A stretch of 64,000 nucleotides of DNA, from contig CAYOVP010000001.1 in NCBI GenBank assembly GCA_964407495.1, positions 11,829 to 75,828 of the forward strand, read 5' to 3'. The number at the start of each line of letters is the position of its first letter. Within the stretch, counting starts at the first letter, position 1. The notes under the pieces were generated by a model that was given only the letters and a program-made list of their open reading frames with translations, was not told the DNA's origin and ran no database searches. The DNA is from an uncultured Thermodesulfobacteriota bacterium (GTDB taxonomy: Bacteria; Desulfobacterota; GWC2-55-46; JADFVP01). The position numbers and the translations under genes are program-made. Below are positions 29,744 through 40,300 of the stretch, piece after piece.

Positions 29744-30120
29744 GAGAGCAAGTGGCACCGGTTTTCTTTGGGTCTACGGTGGCAGGCGTTGGAGTCGCAG
29801 GCCCGGAACCAGAGGTGTATCGAAGCCAAGGCAAATAGATGCCTTTTGAGATCTTGCCTGACCTGCGTAGTAGTAGGAATCTCTTTCGAAGGGGAGAGTA
29901 TCTCCAGGGATTCGAGCCTTAAGAAAGGGAAGAAAACTTCTTCTTGGGGCCTTGCCCTTTTCTCATCTGCTGAGTGCCGTCTTTACCCCCCCCCTCCTTT
30001 TTTTTCAGACAGCGGGACATGCTCTCTTGAGACCAAGAGGGCCTCGTCTTAGTCCCTTGCCGTCAGGAGGAGGGGGCGCAGTGCCAGGGGTTACCCCTCA
30101 ATGAGAAGGGGCCTCAAGGT

Positions 30121-31809
30121 TCAATTACCCTTAATCGGTGCCAGCGCCTTGTCCGTATACTTGGTGGCCCCTGGATCGGCCTTTATGCGCCTTCGCGTGA
30201 GGCCGCACCTCAAGAGGAGCGGCAGGAGCCTCAGGTGGCTGGAGGCGATTTTCCATGCCCACCTGGGGTAGAAGACAAGCGGGTTCTCCACTTGGAGGCC
30301 CGGTCTCCTGTCGAGGCGGCGCCTGATGCGGAGATACCCTCCCTCCAGCGGGTGTATGCCCTCGTACCTTATACAGTAATAGAACCAGATGAGGAGGAAC
30401 ATCACCTTCCCAATGCTCATGCCGCTGGCCCTTGCGCGCTTCAGCACGGTCTCCATGTGCTCGGGTGTATAGTAGGTCTCCCAAGCGGCGCGGTAGACTT
30501 CCTCCCACTCTTTCCGCGTCATACGCGGGTGGTCTGTGGTGGCATGGTTCAGGTCGTAGTTGTTCATGTCCGGGTCCATCCACTTGCCGCTCTCATAGAG
30601 GAGTCTGTGGTCTTCAGAGCCGGGTAGGGGCGTGAGAAAGAAAAACTCCAGGAGGTCTACCGGTAGTTCCCTCTGTATGGTCCTTATGTCATCGAGTATC
30701 CTCTCCGGCGTGTCCGATGGAAAACCAAGGATATAGCCTGCGCAGGTAATGACGCCTACGCTTCGCCAGGCCTGGAGCATCCGCCTGTACTCGGCCATCT
30801 TGTTCTGCCTCTTGCCTGCGGCCTCGAGGTTCTCGCTGTTTATGTTCTCAAGACCAATGAATACACGGGCCACCCCTGCCTTCCTCGCCTTTTCTATGAA
30901 GTGGGGTATACGATGGCACATGGTGTCCACCTGTATGGTGAGCCGTATGCTGGTCTTTTCCTCTTCCTGAATCTCTATGAGACGGTCGAATATGGCCTCC
31001 CAGTTCCTGTTTCGTGCAAAGTTGTCGTCTGTTATGAAGAACCGAGATATACCTTGATCCAGGTTCTCGCGGACGATCTGCTCCACGTCCTCTACGGAGC
31101 GGTGACGGGAGAGCCTGCCCTGGACGTTTATTATGGTGCAGAAACTGCACTTGAAGGGACAGCCCCTGCCAGCATCGAAACTCGTGAACTGGCCCATGGA
31201 GCGCGACAACAGCGACGCAGGAAGAAAGGGCCCTGGCTGGGACTCCACATCGGGGAGTTTCCCGAGGTAGTTGTACAGGGGCTTGAGCCTTCCGGCGTAG
31301 GCGTCTCTGAGGACTTCTTCGAGCCTGCCCTCGGCCTCGCCGGCAAAGAGCGTCACGCCCATCTCCTTGGCACGCCTTATGTCCTCTGGCCACTCCTTGA
31401 GCATGGCAAGGCACCCGCTCACGTGAAACCCCCCGATACAGACCTGGATGCCGGCAGAGCGAAAACGCTCGGCAAGGTCCATGGCGCGCGGAAACTGGTT
31501 GGACTGCACACCAGTAAAGCCCACTAGCCCGCCGCCGCTACTGGAGCGTATCTGGTCTATGATTTTATTTACCGGTATGCGCGTATTTGTCTCGTCATAG
31601 GCGCTTATGACGATTTCCACGTCCTCGCCGAGGACTTTCTTGCGTGCCAGGTCCCGCGTGAGGCCGTAGAGTACGGCAAGGGTGTTAGAGGGCACGGCAG
31701 AGCGGTACCACTGGATGACATAGCCGTCATCGTCATAATGAGAGGGTTTTATGAGGACTACATGGAATTCTTTCTTCCGCGGTTCTACGGTCATTGTCCC
31801 CTTTCTCAT
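30121..31809 (-). CDS. B12-binding-domain radical SAM protein (class B rSAM, DUF4070-like C-terminal region)
   Basis: N-terminal cobalamin-binding Rossmann fold, radical SAM CxxxCxxC (CPFKCSFC), elongated C-terminal domain typical of B12-rSAM. Confidence 0.85.
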   Translation of the reverse strand: MRKGTMTVEPRKKEFHVVLIKPSHYDDDGYVIQWYRSAVPSNTLAVLYGLTRDLARKKVLGEDVEIVISAYDETNTRIPVNKIIDQIRSSSGGGLVGFTGVQSNQFPRAMDLAERFRSAGIQVCIGGFHVSGCLAMLKEWPEDIRRAKEMGVTLFAGEAEGRLEEVLRDAYAGRLKPLYNYLGKLPDVESQPGPFLPASLLSRSMGQFTSFDAGRGCPFKCSFCTIINVQGRLSRHRSVEDVEQIVRENLDQGISRFFITDDNFARNRNWEAIFDRLIEIQEEEKTSIRLTIQVDTMCHRIPHFIEKARKAGVARVFIGLENINSENLEAAGKRQNKMAEYRRMLQAWRSVGVITCAGYILGFPSDTPERILDDIRTIQRELPVDLLEFFFLTPLPGSEDHRLLYESGKWMDPDMNNYDLNHATTDHPRMTRKEWEEVYRAAWETYYTPEHMETVLKRARASGMSIGKVMFLLIWFYYCIRYEGIHPLEGGYLRIRRRLDRRPGLQVENPLVFYPRWAWKIASSHLRLLPLLLRCGLTRRRIKADPGATKYTDKALAPIKGN

Positions 31810-32106
31810 GGCAGGGCCTGGCCCTTAACTTCTTTATGAGGTATATGGACTCTAATCACGGCATTTTCCATGGTCTCGAGAATAGGCACTTAGCGCTACA
31901 CCCTCCGAGAAGCACCGTGAGATTGGTAGAGGATGAATCGGGCCCGAGGTGGCGTCTTGCAAGCAAGGACGGCCTTTCATGGTTTTTGCATGACATGGTC
32001 TTGTTCTGGGAGGGGCCATGAAGACGCCATGGCGCCATACTATACGTATCATATAATAACAAAGGTGCGCGCATTGAAAAAGGAATTTATGGTGTCGCCA
32101 CCTCTT

Positions 32107-32122
32107 CCTTGCCATGGCAAGG
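32107..32122. promoter_or_regulatory. Perfect 16-bp palindrome CCTTGCCATGGCAAGG in the divergent promoter region between the rSAM and GGDEF-EAL genes
   Basis: Self-complementary 16-mer read directly. Located ~40-110 bp upstream of the candidate GGDEF-EAL starts (32161/32233), in an AT-rich stretch. Confidence 0.4.
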
Positions 32123-32160
32123 GCTGAAACTTTCAAATTTTTCTTTATTTTTTAAGACGA

Positions 32161-34227
32161 GTGTACTATATTTTATTTATAGTACCTCATGTGAGCACGC
32201 CTTTCTGCCTCTGGCAAAGGAGCCGCCCTGCCATGGCACCTTCCGAGTGTAAAGATACGACCTCCTTGCAGGGAAAACCCTTTATTCCCTTCCTCACCTT
32301 CATCGGTGTAATATTCATAGTCGAATTCTTTGTGATGTTGCTTCTCAAGTACCTCAGCGTGGAGGAGACGGTACTCGAGTTCGTGGGCGACTCTATCATG
32401 TTGTCCATAATTAGCGCTCCCTTCCTCTATGTCTTGGTAATAAGGGTCTTCGTCAAGCGCATCGAGGCCGAGAGCGAGAAGGCGAGGGTAGCCTTGGCCA
32501 ATGAGATAAAGGCCAGGGCCTCTGCCGAGAAACTGGCCCTCAAGGCATATGCAGATGATATCGTAAAGAGTGTACCCGCGGGCCTTCTCTCTGTCTCTAA
32601 AGACCTGAAGGTCGTCTCGGCCAATCCTGCCTTTTGCAAGATGTTTTCCCTCAAATCTGTTCCTGTGGGCAGACCCGTCTCAGAGTTGGAGTCCCTCGCA
32701 AAATGCATGGAAATGATACGCTCGGCCCTTGGTGAGAATGCGACCAAGGGAGAAAAGATAATCAAACGGGGAGAGGGAGCGGCTACGGAGTACTTCAAGG
32801 TAAATGTTACACCCATCGTTCACGCTGAAGAGTCGGGGGCGGGTGTCCTCCTCGTGGCCGAGAACATCACCAAGAGATGGGCTACGGAAAAGAAGATATT
32901 CCACATGGCCTACCACGACCCCCTTACAGGGCTGCCCAACAGGCGTCTTCTCCTCAACAGGCTTAAGCATGCCCTGGCGGGCATGGAACGGGAGGGCTTG
33001 ATGGTTGCCGTACTGCTGCTTGACCTCGACCGCTTCAAGTTCATAAACGACAGCCTGGGTCACGAGTCTGGAGACGAACTCCTAAGAGAGGTTGCCAGGA
33101 GGCTCCTCCTCTCGCTCCGTAGAGCCGATACGGTGGCGCGTTTCGGGGGTGACGAGTTTGTCATACTTCTTACGAGAATCAAGGAAGAAAGAGATGTCTT
33201 GCGGGTAGTAAGGCGCCTCACAGCCACCTTTGACGCCCCGGTGAAACTCAAGCATCACGAACTGCATGTAACAACGAGCATAGGAGTAAGTGTTTATCCT
33301 GCAAGCGGAAGCACAGCAGAGATACTTGTCAAGAACGCTGATATCGCCATGTACGAGGCCAAGAAGGAAGGGGGCAACAACTTCAAGTTTTACAGGTCTG
33401 AGATGGAGGCCATTGGTGCGGAGTGGATAAAACTTGAGAGCAAACTCCGGATGGCCCTGGAGCACGAGGAGTTCGTCCTCTATTACCAGCCCCAGGTCAG
33501 CGTGGCGAGCGGTGAACTCGTTGGCCTCGAGTCGCTCATACGCTGGCAGGACCCTTCTGCAGGCCTTATAAGCCCCGGTGAGTTCATATACATGGCAGAG
33601 GAAATAGGGCTCATCATACCCATAGGTGAGTGGGTGTTTCGCAGGGCCTGCGCCCAGTTAAGGGCCTGGCAGGATAAGAGTCTAAAGGCGCCACGCGTCA
33701 GCGCCAATATCTCCATGCTTCAGTTCAGGCAGGAGGGCTTCCTGAATTTCGTCATAGACGTCCTCGATGAGACGGGGATAGACCCCTCCATGCTGGAGAT
33801 AGAACTTACAGAGAGCATGGTCATGAAGAACGCGCAAGAGACTATCAAGAGGCTCCAAGCCCTGAAGGACCTGGGGCTCAGGCTTGCCATAGATGACTTT
33901 GGAACAGGGTACTCATCGCTCTCATACCTTAAACAGATGCCCATAGATGTATTGAAGATAGACCAGAGTTTTGTAAGGGATATTACCCTCCACCCAGGTG
34001 ATGAGGCGATTATCAAGGCCATCATACAAATAGGAGAGAATCTCGGTATAGAGACCATAGCAGAGGGCGTGGAGACAGAAGAACAACTCGCCTTTTTGAG
34101 GCATCATAACTGCGTAAATTTTCAGGGATACTATGTGTCGAGGCCCGTGCCCGCCGTAGACGTGGAGGTCTTTCTCGTTCCGGACTGGCGTTTCAGGCCC
34201 CCCCGCACCACCCCGCCGGAGCATTGA
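32161..34227 (+). CDS. Membrane-anchored PAS-GGDEF-EAL protein (diguanylate cyclase/phosphodiesterase)
   Basis: TM segments at N-terminus, GGDEF motif RFGGDEF, EAL-domain motifs ([23 protein letters not shown]). Start may be ATG 32233. Confidence 0.9.
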   Translation: MYYILFIVPHVSTPFCLWQRSRPAMAPSECKDTTSLQGKPFIPFLTFIGVIFIVEFFVMLLLKYLSVEETVLEFVGDSIMLSIISAPFLYVLVIRVFVKRIEAESEKARVALANEIKARASAEKLALKAYADDIVKSVPAGLLSVSKDLKVVSANPAFCKMFSLKSVPVGRPVSELESLAKCMEMIRSALGENATKGEKIIKRGEGAATEYFKVNVTPIVHAEESGAGVLLVAENITKRWATEKKIFHMAYHDPLTGLPNRRLLLNRLKHALAGMEREGLMVAVLLLDLDRFKFINDSLGHESGDELLREVARRLLLSLRRADTVARFGGDEFVILLTRIKEERDVLRVVRRLTATFDAPVKLKHHELHVTTSIGVSVYPASGSTAEILVKNADIAMYEAKKEGGNNFKFYRSEMEAIGAEWIKLESKLRMALEHEEFVLYYQPQVSVASGELVGLESLIRWQDPSAGLISPGEFIYMAEEIGLIIPIGEWVFRRACAQLRAWQDKSLKAPRVSANISMLQFRQEGFLNFVIDVLDETGIDPSMLEIELTESMVMKNAQETIKRLQALKDLGLRLAIDDFGTGYSSLSYLKQMPIDVLKIDQSFVRDITLHPGDEAIIKAIIQIGENLGIETIAEGVETEEQLAFLRHHNCVNFQGYYVSRPVPAVDVEVFLVPDWRFRPPRTTPPEH

Positions 34228-34932
34228 GCCCCCATGCGCCCGAAGTTGCCATGCTGAGAGGCCCATGGTCTTTTTCCCAACCGCTCCTTCACCAGCGGCC
34301 CCTCTACGAGTAGCCTCCCGTCCCCCTCTTCGCCTTCTCCTTTGACGCTCCGGACGCTCCCATAAAGAAGAAATGTCACAACCCATGAGCCAGACGCCGG
34401 CCAATTCACATTTTTTTTATTTTAATTCTAATATCTCGGCGTGAAAACCGCTTTAGCCCTACTTCGGTGAAAATACTATGTTTAATGTCTCCTTGCCAAG
34501 GTTATAAGATCTCCTATTTTTCACAACCTGTGTGTAGGAGGTCTTTTTTTTGCTTGCGCTTTAACTTTTTTTGGTATATTCTCAAATGGACAGCGTAAAA
34601 GACCTGTTCTGGCAACCCTGTTCTTTGACCCTTGCGCGCGTATTTTCCGAGGTATATAGAGCCTATGTAACATCCTTGAATCATGAAAGGTTTAGCAATG
34701 GCTTCGGAACCTCAGGCTTCACCAGGACATAGAGGGCCCAGAGAAAGACAACGAACATACGCAACGCCGCAAACGTACCCTTACTCCAGATCCAAGGGTC
34801 TATACATATCCCGAGGCACCCTGCTCCACTGGTACACCCCCATACCTGGCAATAACATTTTACAAGACGCCGCCCTCCATGAGACCTTCGCGCCTCACGC
34901 CTTCTCATTGCGCCTCTCTGACGAAAAGAAAG

Positions 34933-36915
34933 ATGTACCTCTCTTTTGGAAAGAAGATCTTCCTGGCACTCCTGGCCGTTGCCCTGCTCCCGCTCCTCTC
35001 GGCCGGGATAGTTGTCTACCGCCTGGCAGATAGTGCCATGAAAAAAGAGGTGCTCGATGGCCTCTCTGCCCTCTCTGTGAGCACCTTCGAGCACTTTGTG
35101 GATTATGTCGATGAGAAGGAAGACATTGTCAACCTCCTTGCAAGGACCCAGGTGGCGAAGAAGGCCCTGGAAGACCTTGAGAGGGCATATAAAGACGGCG
35201 CAAAGGACAGAGCCTCTTTCAGGACACTCATGGAGAGGTACAGAGAGATCTTCACCCCCTTTCTCCGTGCCGACTTCTCTAATATCTATCTTCTTTCAAG
35301 GGAAGGGGATGTACTTTTCTCTCTCGAAGGGAGAGAAGACCTTGGCCGGAACCTTGTCTCCGAGACCTACAAGGGTACGGAACTTGCCAATGTCTTCAGG
35401 AAGGTACGCGCGAGTTCGAGAATGAATATCTCAGAGTTACGGATCTTTCCCCCCACGGGGAAGCCGGCGGCCTTCATAGCCGCGCCGATAATGAAGGGCG
35501 GTAAGGCAAGGGGCGTCATTGCCTTCAAACTCGATACCAAGGGCCTGTACAGGCATCTGACCGATTACACGGGCCTTGGGATGACGGGCGAGATCTGCCT
35601 CGGTACGCGCCTTAACGGCAAGATAGTCTTCGCAGGCCCCCTGAGGCACGACCCTGCCGCCGCCTTCAGGAGAACGGTTACCCTTGGTTCTCCGCTTGCA
35701 AGACCTCTTCAGTATGCAGTTGCCAGGAAAAGAGGCTCGGGTATCGTCCTCGACTACAGGGGCAAGAAGACGGTTGCGGTCTGGCGGTACTTCGAACCCC
35801 TTCATCTCGGTTTTGTAGTGAAGCAGGACGTGGACGAGGCCTTTGCTCCGGTTGCGGCCATCCGGCGGTGGGCCCTCATAATAGGCGGCATTACTGTCAT
35901 CTTTGTCATGTTCGTCTCCGCTGTAGTTGCAAAGTCTGTCTCCAGGCCCATCAAGAGACTGCAGGATGGCGTAGAGAGGGTAGGCAGGGGAGACCTATCG
36001 CACAGGGTGGGAACTGATACCATGGACGAGATAGGACAACTCTCCAGAGCAGTGGACGCCATGACAGAGAACCTCAGCCGGATTACCGCCTCGCGCGACG
36101 AACTGGACAGGGAAATAGCCGTCCGCAAGAAGGCCGAGCGGGATATGCGAAAGAGCGAGGAGCGGCTCCGCGAGTACTCGAGAAACCTCGAGGTAATGGT
36201 GGACAGGCGCACTGCCGCGCTGAGAGACATGCAACGCCAACTCATACAGAAGGAGCGTCTTGCCGCCATAGGCCAACTTGCCAGCAGTATCGGGCATGAA
36301 CTCCGTAACCCCCTCGGCGTCATCGGCAACTCTGTCTATTACCTAAGGATGAAACTCAAGGCCCCTGAGGAGAACATCGAAAAGCACCTCGATATCATGG
36401 ACCGCGAGATAAGAAGGACCAACAGGATAATCTCCGATCTTCTCGATTTTTCCAAGGCCCGCGTACCGCAACTCCAGAAGGGTGACATCAACGACCTCGT
36501 ACGAGAGACGCTCCTCGACTTGCAAGCCCCACTAGAGGTACGGGTGAAGACAGACCTTGGAAAAGACCTGCCCCTGTTCCTCTTCGACCCCGACCAGGTA
36601 CGCCAACTCCTCGTAAACCTCATAAACAACGCCTACCAGGCCATGGACTCTGGAGGAAGGCTCCTTGTAAGGACGGCCCTTACCCATGGTTTTGTGGAGA
36701 TAACGGTACAGGACACGGGCCCCGGCATACCCGAGAAGGAACTTCCAAGGATATTCGAGCCCCTTTACTCTACACGGGCCAAGGGCACTGGTCTTGGGCT
36801 CTCCATAGTAAAGGGCATTGTAGAGAGACACGGCGGGTTCATAACCGTTGAGAGCAGGACGGGCGAGGGGGCTACCTTCAGGGTAAGGCTCCCCATTGCC
36901 CAGGAAGGTATCTGA
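34933..36915 (+). CDS. Sensor histidine kinase with periplasmic Cache-like domain, HAMP, HisKA, HATPase_c
   Basis: TM helix FLALLAVALLPLLSAGIVVY, second TM then HAMP, H-box LASSIGHELRNPLGVI, N/G boxes (NLINNAYQAM, DTGPGIP, GTGLGLSIVKG). ATG 34933 inside ORF 34879-36915. Confidence 0.9.
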   Translation: MYLSFGKKIFLALLAVALLPLLSAGIVVYRLADSAMKKEVLDGLSALSVSTFEHFVDYVDEKEDIVNLLARTQVAKKALEDLERAYKDGAKDRASFRTLMERYREIFTPFLRADFSNIYLLSREGDVLFSLEGREDLGRNLVSETYKGTELANVFRKVRASSRMNISELRIFPPTGKPAAFIAAPIMKGGKARGVIAFKLDTKGLYRHLTDYTGLGMTGEICLGTRLNGKIVFAGPLRHDPAAAFRRTVTLGSPLARPLQYAVARKRGSGIVLDYRGKKTVAVWRYFEPLHLGFVVKQDVDEAFAPVAAIRRWALIIGGITVIFVMFVSAVVAKSVSRPIKRLQDGVERVGRGDLSHRVGTDTMDEIGQLSRAVDAMTENLSRITASRDELDREIAVRKKAERDMRKSEERLREYSRNLEVMVDRRTAALRDMQRQLIQKERLAAIGQLASSIGHELRNPLGVIGNSVYYLRMKLKAPEENIEKHLDIMDREIRRTNRIISDLLDFSKARVPQLQKGDINDLVRETLLDLQAPLEVRVKTDLGKDLPLFLFDPDQVRQLLVNLINNAYQAMDSGGRLLVRTALTHGFVEITVQDTGPGIPEKELPRIFEPLYSTRAKGTGLGLSIVKGIVERHGGFITVESRTGEGATFRVRLPIAQEGI

Positions 36916-36916
36916 G

Positions 36917-37282
36917 ATGTATGGAAAAAAGATAAGGGTCCTCGTAGTGGACGACGACCACGGCATGAGAGAGACGCTCAGGGATATCCTCGGTGAGATG
37001 GGCCATGATGTGAGCCTTGCCGGAAACGGGCATGAGGCACTGGAACTTGTGCAGAGGCAGGACTTTGATATCGCCTTCATTGACATAAAGATGCCGGGTA
37101 TCAACGGCGTTGAGACCTTTAGGCGCATAAAAAAGATACAACCCGGCCTCAGGGTGGTCATGATGACGGCCTTTGCACTTGGCGAACTCATAGACGAGGC
37201 TCGTAGAGAGGGGGCCGTGGACATACTTTACAAACCACTGCAGATAGACAAGATGAAGCCGCTCCTTGCCTGCTCTGGTTGA
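36917..37282 (+). CDS. Stand-alone response-regulator receiver (CheY-like)
   Basis: KIRVLVVDDDHGMRE...DIAFIDIKMPGINGVE...VVMMTA. ATG 36917 after a GGAAGG SD; immediately follows the HK stop. Confidence 0.85.
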   Translation: MYGKKIRVLVVDDDHGMRETLRDILGEMGHDVSLAGNGHEALELVQRQDFDIAFIDIKMPGINGVETFRRIKKIQPGLRVVMMTAFALGELIDEARREGAVDILYKPLQIDKMKPLLACSG

Positions 37283-37368
37283 GGGGCCGGGGCGGTGCTG
37301 GGGCCGCCCTCTCTATGCTGTGGCTACGTAGTTGGACAGGGCGCAGTTCAAAAAAAACGGTAGAAAAA

Positions 37369-40300
37369 ATGGAGGAGACGAGAATTCTCATAATAGATGA
37401 CAACGCAGGCGCGCGTGAGACCCTCTCGGACATCTTGACGGAGAAGGGCTACAGCGTCACCGCCGTCGGTAGGGGTGTAGAGGCCCTGGACCTGGCGGCA
37501 AGGGAGAACTTCGCCCTGGCCCTCATTGACATATGCCTACCTGACATGGACGGTATCACCCTCCTTAGGGGGCTCAAGAAACTCAACCCCTCTATGCTCG
37601 CCTTCATCATCACAGGGCATTCCTCGCGCGATAATGCCATAGAGGCCCTCAAGGCAGGCGCAGACGATTACTTCATAAAACCCCTTAATATTGACGAGGT
37701 AATGAGGCGTGCGGAGCAGGGTCTTCGAGAGATGGAGTTGAGGGAGCGTCTTCGGCAGAGCGAGGAGAAGTTCCGTGGCCTCTTCGAGTCTTCCAATGAC
37801 GCCATAATGCTTCTTGACGAGAAGTCCTTTATTGACTGCAACGAGGCCACGCTCCGTGTCTTCAGGATGAAGACCAAGGAGGAGTTTCTTGGTTGTCACC
37901 CGGGCGAACTCTCGCCCCCCAGGCAGGAAGACGGTAGGGACTCTATTAGTGCCGCTAACGAGAAGATAAAAGTGGCGCTGCGCGAGGGCAGGAACTTCTT
38001 CGAGTGGACGCACATGCGCGCCGATGGCACCACCTTCCCGGCAGAGGTCCTGCTATCTGCCTTGACCATGGAGGGCAGGCGCGTACTCCAGGCCACTGTG
38101 CGCGATATTACGGAGAGAAAACGGGCCATACAGGACCTTGACAGGCTCTTCAACCTCTCAGGCTCCATGGCCTGTATCATCGACTTCAAGGGATTTTTCC
38201 GGCGCGTGAGCCCGGCCTTTACCGAGACCCTGGGATACACCACCGAAGAACTCCTCGCAAGGCCTGTCCTTGACTTCATACATCCCGAGGACAGGGCGAG
38301 GACCCTCGAGGCGCGTGAGTCCAAACTAATGAAGGGCACGGAGATAACGGACTTCGAGAACCGCTATGTATGCAAGGACGGCAGAGTAAAGTGGCTCTCA
38401 TGGACATCCCGCCCCATACCAGAAGACGGTATAATCCTTGCCATTGCCTATGACATAACAAGGCGCAAGGAGGACGAGGACGCCTTCGGTGCCCTCGTGA
38501 GGGCCACTGCCGCAAGCACGGGCCAGGAGTTCTTCGACGGCCTTGTAAGCGAACTCTCGAAGTGGCTCGGCGTGGACTGTTGTGCGATAGCGGACATCAG
38601 GGATGGCAAGGTGGTCTGCCTTTCCATGATTTGCGATGGCGATTATCTAAAGGATGTAGAGTATGACCTCGTTGGCTCGCCATGTGAGAAGGTCGTTTCC
38701 AGTGGCTACTGCGAATTTCCAAGGGATGTAAGGAAACTCTTTCCAGAGTATTTGCCCCTACAAGAGATGGGCGCCGAGGGTTACGTGGGTTCCGTTCTCA
38801 GGGACAGGCACTGCCGGCCCATCGGTGTATTGAGTTGCTTCTCCAGGTCGCCTCTTACCCTGCCCAAGAAGGCGAAGGAGGTCTTCTCCATAATGGCCGC
38901 AAGGGCCTCTGCCGAACTTGAGCGCATAAGGGCAGAGGAGGCGATGAGGGAGAGCGAGGAGAAGATGCGTGCCATCTCCGAGACGGCCCAGGACGCCATT
39001 ATTATTATAGATGACCTTGGGACCGTGGTTTACTGGAACCCCGCGGCAGTGAGGATATTCGGCTATGAAGAGGAAGAGGCCGTTGGAAGGGATTTCCCAG
39101 ATTTGCTGGGTTCGGAGAAGTCAAGAGAAGCCTTTATAAAGAGGTTTGGCGCCTTCAGGGATACGGGCAAGTGTCCCATGGTTGGCAGGGCCATTGAAAT
39201 GAAGGCAACAAGAAAGGACGGGTCGGTCTTTCCCATTGAGCATGCCATCTCTACAGTGAGGATCAAGGACAGGCTCTACGCCATCGGTATGATACGCGAT
39301 ATCAGCGAGCGCAAGGCCGCGGAGGAGAATATCAAGAAGGAGATGGAGATTACGCTCAACCTCCTCAAGATTACGGAGGCCATAGCCCACACCGACAACC
39401 TCGATGAACTCCTCGACCGCATAGTAGAGAGCACGGGGCCGGTTACTGGTTCGGACGTAACGCTATGTTATCTCGTTGAGAATGGCCGCGGCCAGCGCAT
39501 CGTGCCTACGAGTTCCGCGGGGCTTTCGCGCGACCAGGTCCCTCTTTTCAAGACAGAGTTTCTCGACCTCCACGGCTCCGCGCTCCGCGAGGCCTTTGCA
39601 AGAGGGCCGCAGGTAGTCCCTTCGGGCGACGTTGCCAGGCACTTTGGCTGGCTCCATGAGATCAAGACCCTCGCCATCATCCCCCTCAAGGGAAAGACCT
39701 CGGAGATAGGCGTACTCGTCCTTGGGTACAGGCAGGCGCGGGACGGTCTGGATGAGCGGGAGATGGCCCTCCTAAGGGGCATCGGCCACCATGTATCCAT
39801 TGCCGTTGAAAAGGCGCGCCATGCCAAGGACGCCATAGACCGGGCCATGGAACTCTCACACGAGATAGAGACCCTGGAGGTAATGCACGAGATAGACAAG
39901 ACCATACTCTCGACCCTCGATGCCTCGGAGATACGCCTCATCGCAGTGAATATGATAGGAAGGGTGGTGGCCTGCGACATGTGCACACTAAGGCTCGTGG
40001 ACAATAAAGGGGGCGGTCTCGTATATGCCGCAGGGTTCCAGTCACGCGGTGTCGATGAAGCGGAATTCGTCCCCCTTGGCGAGACGAGCGCCATCGAGGT
40101 GCTGGCCACGCAACGGCCCCAGTACATCTCTGACCTCAGAAAATTACACGAACGCCTCCCCTTTGAGGAGAGACTCCTCGAGGCAGGCTATCTCTCCCTC
40201 ATAAGGCTCCCCCTCATCGTAAAGAGCGAGATAACGGGCATAATGAGCCTCGCCTCGCGAAGGCCTGCGGCCTTTGGACCGGCAGACCTGGCCACCCTCG

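Noticed and set aside
29745-29770. TGGCAC-N5-TTCTT resembling a sigma54 -24/-12 element after the pilQ terminator
   Set aside because: The -12 GC dinucleotide is missing (TTCTT instead of TTGCW). It is more likely part of the GGTTTTCTTTG repeat motif.
29680-30120. 440-bp convergent intergenic region examined for tRNA/tmRNA/SRP/RNase P RNA
   Set aside because: No T-loop (GTTCRANYC), tmRNA tag-reading-frame, SRP or RNase P conserved boxes were found by eye. The small ORFs listed there lack SD/start context.
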